Of a stretch of DNA of 64,000 nucleotides, positions 38,842 to 46,800 are shown one piece after another (the first letter of the stretch is position 1; each line of letters opens with the position of its first letter). Source of the DNA: Candidatus Dormiibacterota bacterium (lineage in GTDB: Bacteria; Chloroflexota; Dormibacteria; Aeolococcales; Aeolococcaceae); NCBI GenBank assembly GCA_963716365.1, contig OY970307.1, forward strand, positions 2,320,349 through 2,384,348, given 5' to 3'. The notes below the pieces were generated by a model. That model did not search any database, was not told where the DNA came from, and saw only the letters and a program-made list of their open reading frames with translations. A program made the position numbers and the translations under genes.

Positions 38842-39285
38842 TCAGCGCGGCTTGAAACCGGCTGCCTCGAGAAGTTGCTGCTCGAACGGGCGGTGCCCGA
38901 GCTCCGGATGCGGGACGGTCAGATCTGGTTCGTGCGCCTCGATATCGCCGTCGGTACCGAGCAGGAGGATGTCGGCGTCGGCGATGCGCGGTCCCCAGTG
39001 ATACGTCGTGCGCCGGCCGGCTGCACGCTCCGCGCGGACGCAGTGTTCGAGCCAGCGCCGCGGCGTCCACGGCTCCGCACTCTGCAAGCGGACGACCTGG
39101 TTGTGAAAGTCGCCTTGCGCGGTCACGCCGACAGGGAGGGTGAGGATCTCCGGCGACGCCGCGACGATCGACACGCCGCCATCCGTGAGCGCGTCGCGGA
39201 GCCGGGCGAGATTCCTGCCGCGATATCCGACATTGCTCCCCAGTGACACCCAGGCGGTGTCGGTGGAGACCGCATCGGAGCTCAT
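38842..39285 (-). CDS. folK: 2-amino-4-hydroxy-6-hydroxymethyldihydropteridine pyrophosphokinase (HPPK)
   Basis: AWVSLGSNVG...WGPRIADADILLLG...LTVPHPELGHRPF. Confidence 0.85.
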   Translation of the reverse strand: MSSDAVSTDTAWVSLGSNVGYRGRNLARLRDALTDGGVSIVAASPEILTLPVGVTAQGDFHNQVVRLQSAEPWTPRRWLEHCVRAERAAGRRTTYHWGPRIADADILLLGTDGDIEAHEPDLTVPHPELGHRPFEQQLLEAAGFKPR

Positions 39286-40526
39286 CCCGTCGGGCCGGGG
39301 ATCGGCGCCGCTCGGAGCAACTCCGGCGTTCCGCGTACGACGGCGTCGGCGACGCGGAGCGCACGCAACGTTGCGGCGACATCGTGCACGCGAACCATGT
39401 GCGCCCCTGCCTGCACCGCGAGCGTCGCGAAGGCGAGGCTTCCCTCGAGCCGCCTGCTCTGATCCGCGCCGTCGGTGAGCAAGCCGATCGTCGATTTGCG
39501 TGAGGGGCCGACCAGTACGGGGCGGCCGAATCCGCGTAGCTCCCCGAGGCGGCGGATCAATTCGAGGTTGTGTGCCGGCGTCTTCGCGAAACCGAACCCC
39601 GGGTCGATGATCACGTGCTCGATCGGGATTCCCGCGTGCTCCGCGACGGCGACACTCTCGCGGAGCCCGAGGCAGACGTCCTCGAGGAGATCGCCGTATT
39701 CGGTGCCGTGCTGGTTGTGCATGACGACGAGCCCCGTGCCGGGATGCGCAGCCACGACGCGAGCCATGTCGGGATCGCCGCGCAAGCCCCAGACGTCGTT
39801 GACGATGACCGCGCCTGCTGCGAGCGCGGCATCCGCAACTGCTGCTTTGCGCGTGTCGATGCTGATCGGGACCGTCACCCGCCCCGCGAGCTCGCGGATC
39901 ACCGGGATCACGCGCGCCAGCTCGTCATCGACGGACACGGGCTCGCGAGTCTTCGAAGGACGCGTGCTCTCGCCGCCGATGTCGATGATGTCGGCGCCGT
40001 CTTCGGCGAGCAGGAGCGCGCGTCGCACTGCAGCGCCGACGTCGTCACCGACGCCGTCTCCGGAGAAGGAATCCGGGGTGACATTGAGGATGCCCATCAC
40101 CAACGTCCGGGCGCCGAAGTCGAGACGGTGTCCGGAGACCTCGAGTGGAGGTGGCGGCGTGAAGCGCGCCATGAGCACGGTGCGGATCGCAGCGCCGACT
40201 TCACCGGTCCGCTCGCTCCACGCGGCGAGCTCGTCGGGCAGCGTGCCTGCGGTCAGCAGCGGCATGAGCACGACCGCGCGGTCACCGTCGGTGTTGGTGA
40301 GCATCTCCCCACCGCCCTGCCCGACCAGCCGTTCCATGACTCGCGTCTGATCCTGGGTCAGCCCCTGCAGCGCGAGCGCTTCGACGGCGCCGCGCTGCGC
40401 CAGCACGATGAGCTTCTCCGGCGGGACCCCGAGGCGCAGCACAGCGTCGCGCAGCGCATCGTCGGGACCGGGCAGCAGCGGGCGAACGCTGTACCGAGCG
40501 GCGACTCGCGCGCTCGCCGCGTCCAC
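39282..40526 (-). CDS. folP: Dihydropteroate synthase with an N-terminal extension of about 125 aa of unknown function
   Basis: DHPS core RTLVMGILNVTPDSFSGDG...IIDIGGESTRP...VNDVWG. The extension MDAASARVAARYSVRPLL... shares the frame with no intervening stop. Confidence 0.8.
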   Translation of the reverse strand: MDAASARVAARYSVRPLLPGPDDALRDAVLRLGVPPEKLIVLAQRGAVEALALQGLTQDQTRVMERLVGQGGGEMLTNTDGDRAVVLMPLLTAGTLPDELAAWSERTGEVGAAIRTVLMARFTPPPPLEVSGHRLDFGARTLVMGILNVTPDSFSGDGVGDDVGAAVRRALLLAEDGADIIDIGGESTRPSKTREPVSVDDELARVIPVIRELAGRVTVPISIDTRKAAVADAALAAGAVIVNDVWGLRGDPDMARVVAAHPGTGLVVMHNQHGTEYGDLLEDVCLGLRESVAVAEHAGIPIEHVIIDPGFGFAKTPAHNLELIRRLGELRGFGRPVLVGPSRKSTIGLLTDGADQSRRLEGSLAFATLAVQAGAHMVRVHDVAATLRALRVADAVVRGTPELLRAAPIPGPTG

Positions 40527-40527
40527 G

Positions 40528-41022
40528 TCAGCCTTCGCCGGCTGGGATGTCCGGCGGTTGCAGCTCGCCCGCCTCGCGCTTGGGCACCATCACTCGCCGC
40601 CTGAAGATGCAGACGCGCTCGCCGCGCTGGTTGAATGCGCGCGTCTCGACGGTGACGATCCCGCGGTCGGGCTTGGTCGACGACTCGCGCTTCTCGAGCA
40701 CCGTGCTCTCCGCGTAGATGGTGTCGCCATGGAACGTCGGGTGCTCGTGCTTGAGCGATTCCACCTCGAGGTTGGCGATCGCCTTGCCGCTGACGTCCGC
40801 GACGCTCATCCCGATGGCGAGGCTGTACACGAGGTTTCCGACCACGACGTTGCGCCCGAACTCGGTCTTCGTCTCCGCGTAGTGCGCGTCGGTGTGCAAC
40901 GGGTGGTGGTTCATCGTGAGCAGGCAGAAGAGATGGTCGTCCGCCTCGGTGATCGTCTTGCCGGGCCAGTGCCGGTACGTCGCGCCGACGTCGAACTCCT
41001 CGAAGTAGCGGCCGAATTGCAT
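40528..41022 (-). CDS. MaoC-like (hot-dog fold) dehydratase
   Basis: MQFGRYFEEFDVGATYRHWPGKTITEADDHLFCLLTMNHHPLHTDAHYA. Confidence 0.7.
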   Translation of the reverse strand: MQFGRYFEEFDVGATYRHWPGKTITEADDHLFCLLTMNHHPLHTDAHYAETKTEFGRNVVVGNLVYSLAIGMSVADVSGKAIANLEVESLKHEHPTFHGDTIYAESTVLEKRESSTKPDRGIVTVETRAFNQRGERVCIFRRRVMVPKREAGELQPPDIPAGEG

Positions 41023-41026
41023 GGGT

Positions 41027-41572
41027 TCAGGCCGCGGCGGACGTCGCCGCTGACCGCAGCGCCGCCAGGACGCGGTCCGTCGGCGCGTGATCGCCTGCGG
41101 TGCCGCTGACATGCCGGTAGAGGACCTTGTTGCCCGGCGCGATCACCAGGACGCCGCCCTGCTGGAACGGGTGGCCCTTGGTTGCGGTCTGGCGCGCGCC
41201 GGTGCGAAAGGCGCGGAGCCCAGCCCCCCATGCCTGCGGCCCGAGTGTCGACATGAGCCCCGAGTGCGCCCCGATCGCCTTGTAGGTCACGAGCTCCGGG
41301 TCCGTGAGGACGGTGGAGTCCGGCGCGAACTTCTTCTGGAACCACGCGGCGGCCCGCGGCGTGCCGTTGCCCACGAACACGATCCCGCCGTCGAGCTTCT
41401 CGATGTCGGGACGTGCGGCGCGCACCTCGGCGACATGCTCCCGGCAGAAGACGCAGCCGAAGTGACGCAGCCACACCACGACGGCCGGATGGTCGCGCCA
41501 CGCATCGGCGAGACGGATGGGCTCACCGTCGGCGCCCTGAATCGTGGCTGCAGCGAGCGCGCGTGTGTCCAT
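41027..41572 (-). CDS. Thioredoxin-fold peroxiredoxin-like protein (AhpC/TSA-like)
   Basis: VVVWLRHFGCVFCREHVAEV carries a CxxC motif in a thioredoxin-like context. Confidence 0.55.
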   Translation of the reverse strand: MDTRALAAATIQGADGEPIRLADAWRDHPAVVVWLRHFGCVFCREHVAEVRAARPDIEKLDGGIVFVGNGTPRAAAWFQKKFAPDSTVLTDPELVTYKAIGAHSGLMSTLGPQAWGAGLRAFRTGARQTATKGHPFQQGGVLVIAPGNKVLYRHVSGTAGDHAPTDRVLAALRSAATSAAA

Positions 41573-41640
41573 GCTTCACCCTACTGTACGTGCCCGCGAC
41601 GCGATCCCGCCCCGACGAATCAGGTGCCGCCGCCACGGTC

Positions 41641-42462
41641 GTGCACGGCGAGGCGCTCGAAGTCCTCGGCACGCTGCCCGACGGGTGCGCCGGCCTCGTC
41701 TACGTCGATCCGCCGTTCAACACCGGCGGCCCGCGCCGGGGGTCGCGCACCACGACCACGCTGGATGCGGAGTCGACACGTCTCGGGTTCGCGGGGCGCC
41801 ATTACCGGACGGAGCGGAAGGATGGCGCGCGTTTCGACGATCGTTTCGACGATTACCTGGCATGGCTGCGGCCGCGACTCATCGAAACGCGGCGCATCCT
41901 CGCGGCCCACGGCAGCCTCTATTTCCACATCGACCCGCGCGAGTCGCACTACTGCAAAGTGCTGCTCGACGAGATCTTCGGGCGCGAGTGCTTCCTCAAC
42001 GAGGTGGTGTGGGCGTATGACTACGGCGCGCGCACGAAACGGCGCTGGCCCGCGAAGCACGATGTCATCCTCGTGTACGTGCGTGACCCGGGGCGCTATC
42101 ACTTCGACGCGAGCGACGTCACACGCGAGCCGTACATGGCGCCGCGTCTGCAGACACCCGAGCGCGCGGCGCGCGGCAAGTTGCCCACCGACGTCTGGTG
42201 GCACACGATCGTGCCGACGACGTCGCGCGAGCGCACGGGCTATCCGACGCAGAAACCGCTCGGCATCCTGCGCCGAATCGTCGTCGCGTCATCGCAACCC
42301 GGCGACCTGGTGGTCGACTGGTGTGCCGGCAGCGGGACCACCGGTGTCGCGGCGGCCGAGCTGGGAAGGCGGTTCCTGCTCGTGGACAATCAGGCGGACG
42401 CGATCGCGGTGATGCGCACCCAACTCGCCGGCGTGCCCGGCCTGAAGGTCGTCACTCGCTGA
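41641..42462 (+). CDS. Beta-class DNA methyltransferase (N6-adenine or N4-cytosine; M.HinfI/CcrM-type domain order), orphan
   Basis: GTG start. Motif IV VYVDPPFN is N-terminal, YPTQKP sits mid-protein and motif I DWCAGSGTTGVAA is C-terminal. No restriction endonuclease is adjacent. Confidence 0.75.
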   Translation: MHGEALEVLGTLPDGCAGLVYVDPPFNTGGPRRGSRTTTTLDAESTRLGFAGRHYRTERKDGARFDDRFDDYLAWLRPRLIETRRILAAHGSLYFHIDPRESHYCKVLLDEIFGRECFLNEVVWAYDYGARTKRRWPAKHDVILVYVRDPGRYHFDASDVTREPYMAPRLQTPERAARGKLPTDVWWHTIVPTTSRERTGYPTQKPLGILRRIVVASSQPGDLVVDWCAGSGTTGVAAAELGRRFLLVDNQADAIAVMRTQLAGVPGLKVVTR

Positions 42463-43615
42463 TGCGGTAGCGCTCCAGCAACCCTTTGGCGATGATGACG
42501 CGCTGGATCTCGTTGGTCCCCTCGCCGATGATCAGCAGCGGCGCGTCGCGATAGAGGCGCTCGACCTCGTACTCCTTCGAGAACCCATATCCACCGTGCA
42601 CGCGCATGGCCTCGCTGACGACCTCGAAGCACGTCTCGGTTGCGAAGAGCTTGGCCATGCCGCACTCGATGTCGGCGCGCTCGCCGGCATCCTTCTTGCG
42701 CGCCGCAAAGTTGGTGAGGAGTCGCGCCGCCTGGATCTTCGTCGCCATGTCGGCGAGCTTGAACTGGATGGCCTGGTGCTCGGCGATCGGCACGCCGAAC
42801 GCGTGACGCTGCTGCGCGTACGCGATGGACAGCTCGAAGGCACGCTGGGCGACGCCGACGCCGCGCGCGGCCACGTTGACCCGGCCGAGCTCGATCGCCG
42901 CCATCATCTGTTTGAAGCCCTGTCCCTCGACGCCACCGAGCAGATTGGCGACGGGCTGGCGGTTGTTGTCGAAGACGAGCTCCGTCGTCTCAACACCGCG
43001 ATAGCCGAGCTTCTCGATATGGCGTGAGGCCGTGAACCCGGCGTAATGCTTCTCGGCGAGGATGCACGACATCCCGCGGTGCGGCGGCTTTGCATCCGGG
43101 TCGGTCTTGACGAGTGTCGCGACCACGGTGGAGTGAGCCCCGTTGGTGGCCCACATCTTCGTGCCGTTGATGACGTACTCGCCGTTGTCGAGCACGGCTC
43201 GGGTCTGAATCGCCTGCACATCGGAGCCGCAGTTGGGCTCGCTCATCGAGAAGCCGCCGTGGAACTCCCCGGTCGCCATGCGCGGCAGGAAGCGCTGCCG
43301 CTGCTCGTCTGTCCCGAATTTCTCGATGAGGAAGCTGACGATGAAGTGCGTGTTGATGATCCCCGTAATCGACATCCAACCGCGGGCGATCTCCTCGCAG
43401 ACCATCGCGTAGGTCGCGTAGTCGAGCCCGGCGCCGCCGTACTCCTCGGGGACGGCGAACCCGAAGAAACCGAGCTGCTTCATCTGCGCGACGATCCTCT
43501 CGGGGTAGGTGTCGTCGTGCTCCAGGTCGTGCGCGACCGGGATGATCTCCCGCTCGACGAAATCCCGGACCATGCCGACGATCTCGCGTTGCTCGGTCGT
43601 CAAATCGATGGACAC
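42452..43615 (-). CDS. Acyl-CoA dehydrogenase
   Basis: 387 aa with the ACAD family signatures (GGFSMSEPNCGSDV and the C-terminal YGGYGFSKEYEVERLYRD). Confidence 0.9.
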   Translation of the reverse strand: MSIDLTTEQREIVGMVRDFVEREIIPVAHDLEHDDTYPERIVAQMKQLGFFGFAVPEEYGGAGLDYATYAMVCEEIARGWMSITGIINTHFIVSFLIEKFGTDEQRQRFLPRMATGEFHGGFSMSEPNCGSDVQAIQTRAVLDNGEYVINGTKMWATNGAHSTVVATLVKTDPDAKPPHRGMSCILAEKHYAGFTASRHIEKLGYRGVETTELVFDNNRQPVANLLGGVEGQGFKQMMAAIELGRVNVAARGVGVAQRAFELSIAYAQQRHAFGVPIAEHQAIQFKLADMATKIQAARLLTNFAARKKDAGERADIECGMAKLFATETCFEVVSEAMRVHGGYGFSKEYEVERLYRDAPLLIIGEGTNEIQRVIIAKGLLERYRISE

Positions 43616-43631
43616 ACCCCGAGTTTAGCCG

Positions 43632-44357
43632 TCAGGCCAGTGCGTCCCCGAGGATGTGCACGCGCGCTCCCTCCAGCGCCGGCGTCGCGAGGATTCGCTC
43701 GATGCCGAACGAGGTTTCGAGGAGCGCGCGGTTGAACGCGATGTAGGACGGATCGCCGTTGTACATCAGGCGTGTCCTGTGGAAGCCCGCGGCGTTCAGC
43801 AGCCGGTGCAGCCGGGCGCTGCTGTTGGCGCGATAGCGAACCGGGTAGGCGTCGCCTTCACCGCGACCGTACAGGCGGTGCGTCAGCGTGGCGTGCCAGC
43901 GATGGGGGACTGCCCGGATCATCCACGCGTTGTAGTTCCACGCGTTGGGAGTGACGAAGACGAAGCGTCCGCCGTTGACGAGGACGCGGCGCACCTCGGA
44001 GAACACAAGACCGGGATGGTCGAGATGCTCGAGCACCCAGGCCGACGCGACGACGTCGAAGGAGCCGGCAGCAAACGGCAGGTCCTCGCCGGATCCGACG
44101 ACTGGATGTGAGACCACGGTGTTGTCGGCAAGCGCGTCTCGATCCGGGTCGACACCGACGACGTTGGTTTCGGGAGCACAGGAGAGGTCGTCGCCGTGCA
44201 GTCCGTTGCGCCCGCAGCCGAGGTCGAGAATCCGGGCGCCGGGCTGCGCGACGCTGCCGATCAAGGTGCGGTAGCGGGTCACGCTGTCCACCCACGACGG
44301 ATTGCGACGGCGGTACTCGTCTCGCGCGCGGACCTGTCTCTCGAAGCCTCCCGCCAT
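43632..44357 (-). CDS. Class I SAM-dependent methyltransferase (small-molecule type)
   Basis: Motif I ILDLGCGRNG, followed by FDVVASAWVLEHLDHP and LVNGGRFVF. Confidence 0.6.
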   Translation of the reverse strand: MAGGFERQVRARDEYRRRNPSWVDSVTRYRTLIGSVAQPGARILDLGCGRNGLHGDDLSCAPETNVVGVDPDRDALADNTVVSHPVVGSGEDLPFAAGSFDVVASAWVLEHLDHPGLVFSEVRRVLVNGGRFVFVTPNAWNYNAWMIRAVPHRWHATLTHRLYGRGEGDAYPVRYRANSSARLHRLLNAAGFHRTRLMYNGDPSYIAFNRALLETSFGIERILATPALEGARVHILGDALA

Positions 44358-44404
44358 TCGGGTCGCAGTGTAGAGCGAGCTTGCACTGCTAGAGTTGCGG
44401 AGAT

Positions 44405-45187
44405 GTGCGAACGGCCGTTCGTGAGATGATCGCCCGCCCGCTTGACGGTGCCGCGGCGTCCTCCAACGCTGCACTCGGACGTTTCGACATTCGCACGCAG
44501 GACTGCATCGCGTTCCTTCGCGATCAGCCGGACGAGTCCGTCGACGTCATCGTCACCGACCCTGCCTACTCAGGGATGAATCAGCACATGCGGTTCGGAC
44601 ACGGGCGCATCGTCGGCAGCTACGGCAAGCCCGACAACGAGCGCTGGTTCCACGAGTTCTCCGACGATCCGGACACGTATCGGGTGTTTCTCGCGGAGTG
44701 CGCGCGCGTGCTCCGCCAGGACCGGCACGTCTACATCATGTTCGACAGTTTCTCGATGCTCTCGCTCGGCGCACTGGTACGCGAATGCTTCGATGTGAAA
44801 GGCGTGATCGTGTGGGACAAGATGCACCTCGGGATGGGGCACTACTTCCGCCGCCGCCACGAGCAGATCGTGTTCGCGAGCAAGGGCCGGCGCAAGGTCT
44901 CGCGCCGCGACATGCCTGATGTGTGGGCGGTCCCGCGTATCCATCGCGCCGCGTATCCGACGCAGAAACCGGTGCGCCTCTTCGAGATGATGCTCGAGGC
45001 GAGCGCCGAGCCCGGGTTCACAGTGTGCGACCCGTTCTGCGGCAGCGGCTCATCGGCCGTGGCGGCAGTGCGTTTCGGGTGCGACTTCATCGGCGCGGAC
45101 ATCGATCCCCGCGCGGTCGAGATCTCGACGGATCGCCTCGTCGCGCTGACGAGCTCCGGGCGCGACCCGTTGGAGCTGAAAGTCTAG
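44405..45187 (+). CDS. Beta-class DNA methyltransferase, paralogous to 41641..42462, orphan
   Basis: VIVTDPAYSG is a DPPY variant, with AAYPTQKP mid-protein and the C-terminal FCGSGSSAVAAVRFG. Confidence 0.8.
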   Translation: MRTAVREMIARPLDGAAASSNAALGRFDIRTQDCIAFLRDQPDESVDVIVTDPAYSGMNQHMRFGHGRIVGSYGKPDNERWFHEFSDDPDTYRVFLAECARVLRQDRHVYIMFDSFSMLSLGALVRECFDVKGVIVWDKMHLGMGHYFRRRHEQIVFASKGRRKVSRRDMPDVWAVPRIHRAAYPTQKPVRLFEMMLEASAEPGFTVCDPFCGSGSSAVAAVRFGCDFIGADIDPRAVEISTDRLVALTSSGRDPLELKV

Positions 45188-46107
45188 GCCGACGGAGTCA
45201 GACCGGCTGCCACGCCGCGCGCGTAGAACCCCATCGCGATCTTTCGCGACGCCTCGTCGATCATCTCGTCGCCGAGCATCACCGCTCCCCTGCGATCCAC
45301 CTCGGTCGCACGCCGGTACGCCTCGAGGATCTGCGAAGCCTTGTCGAAATCGGCCTGGGCGGGCGTGAACGCCTCGTTGGCCGGCTCGATCTGCGCCGGA
45401 TGCAGCGCCCATTTCCCGTCGTAGCCGAGCGCCGCCGCCCGTGCCGCGGACGCGCGATATCCCTCGACGTCGTGGATGGCGAGGTACGGGCCGTCGATCA
45501 CCTGAATACCCGCAGCGCGCGCAGCGACGGCGAGCTTGAAGAGCACGTAGTGGAAGATGTCGCCGGGGTATGTCTCGTTGTTGCGCACCGTCAGCGACGG
45601 CAGCTGCATCGACGCGGAGAAGTCCGCCGGCCCAAACGTCAGCGTCTCCAGCCGAGCGCTCGAGAACGCGATCTCGTCCGCGCGCATGAGGCCTTCCGCA
45701 TCCTCGATCTGCGCCTCGATGCCGATGCGGCCGGCGGGGTATCCCAGGGATTGCTCGAGCTGCTGCAGCGCGCGGTCGACGAAGGCGACGTCGCCCGCGT
45801 TGCGAACCTTCGGGACCATGATGCAGTCGAGGACGTCGCCGGCTCCGGTGATCACCTCGCGTAGGTCTTCGAACGCGAACTCGCTGGTCACCTGGTTGAT
45901 GCGCACGACGCGTGTCTTGCCGTGCCAGTCGTGGGAGCGCAGTGCCTCGACGATCTTGCCGCGAGCCTCGGGCTTCTCGAGCGGCGCGCAGGCGTCCTCG
46001 AGGTCGAGGAAGACCTCGTCAGCGGCACTCGCCGCCGCCTTCTCCATCATCCGCGGGTTACTGCCGGGAACGGCGAGAACTGAGCGGCGGAGGCGGGCGG
46101 TGGGCAC
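45184..46107 (-). CDS. HpcH/HpaI aldolase / citrate lyase beta (CitE)-like CoA-ester lyase
   Basis: RSVLAVPGSNPRMMEKA...FLDLEDA...CIMVPKV. Confidence 0.75.
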   Translation of the reverse strand: MPTARLRRSVLAVPGSNPRMMEKAAASAADEVFLDLEDACAPLEKPEARGKIVEALRSHDWHGKTRVVRINQVTSEFAFEDLREVITGAGDVLDCIMVPKVRNAGDVAFVDRALQQLEQSLGYPAGRIGIEAQIEDAEGLMRADEIAFSSARLETLTFGPADFSASMQLPSLTVRNNETYPGDIFHYVLFKLAVAARAAGIQVIDGPYLAIHDVEGYRASAARAAALGYDGKWALHPAQIEPANEAFTPAQADFDKASQILEAYRRATEVDRRGAVMLGDEMIDEASRKIAMGFYARGVAAGLTPSA

Positions 46108-46113
46108 GCTCGG

Positions 46114-46620
46114 CTAGTCCTTCGAAGGAGCGGGCCGGTCGTCCGGTGGCGTGTCGCGATCGTCGAACGGCGTCTCGTCGCGCGGCTTGGAGTCCTTTGG
46201 TGGCGAGGGACGATCGTCGGGCGGCACATTGGTGTCGGGAGTGAGACCCTCCATCCCCGGCATGCCACCGAACAGGCTGCCGAGCATCTGCTGGAACTGC
46301 TCGGGACCGCCCAGGTCGTCCTGGACGCGCTCGAACATCCGGGCCATCATGTCCTGGAGCTGCGGGTCCTCGGAGAGCTTCTCCTGGAGGCCGCCGAGCT
46401 GCGACATCAGCTGTTCCATCTGCACTTCCTGTGCGACCTGCATGAGCACCGGCTGGGAAGCCGCCGCGACGACCACCTGCACCTGCTGGCGGATCACCTC
46501 GAACCCTTTGCAGGCCATGCACGTGCCCTGGTGCTGGCAGCGGCAGAGCTGCGACTTGAGCTTGTCGAGCTCGTGGTGGATCCCGCTGAGATCGACGCCG
46601 GGGGACGGGTTGTCGGCCAT
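46114..46620 (-). CDS. Hypothetical CxC...CxxC protein with a Gln/Met-rich region and an acidic Pro-rich tail
   Basis: Internal start MADNPSPGVDLSG...CRCQHQGTCMACKG. Confidence 0.4.
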   Translation of the reverse strand: MADNPSPGVDLSGIHHELDKLKSQLCRCQHQGTCMACKGFEVIRQQVQVVVAAASQPVLMQVAQEVQMEQLMSQLGGLQEKLSEDPQLQDMMARMFERVQDDLGGPEQFQQMLGSLFGGMPGMEGLTPDTNVPPDDRPSPPKDSKPRDETPFDDRDTPPDDRPAPSKD

Positions 46621-46800
46621 GTGCTGATCGTAGTTGAGACAACCCTTCACAGCGATGACGTTGCACCGTTGCTCGGATCGGGTATAGTCATTTGCAGACG
46701 GGAGCCCTCGGGCGTCCCCGCGGTTGACGTCGATCGAATCGTCGCCCCGCGTGCAAAAAGCACCGCCCGAAGCCGTCCCGAAGTCCATTCATTTGCGCCG

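Noticed and set aside
39911-40526. Separate folB gene hidden in the folP N-terminal extension
   Set aside because: The extension is in frame with folP with no stop or internal ribosome-binding site/start pattern. Its sequence does not resemble the DHNA fold motifs I know, so it is kept as an uncharacterised N-terminal domain.
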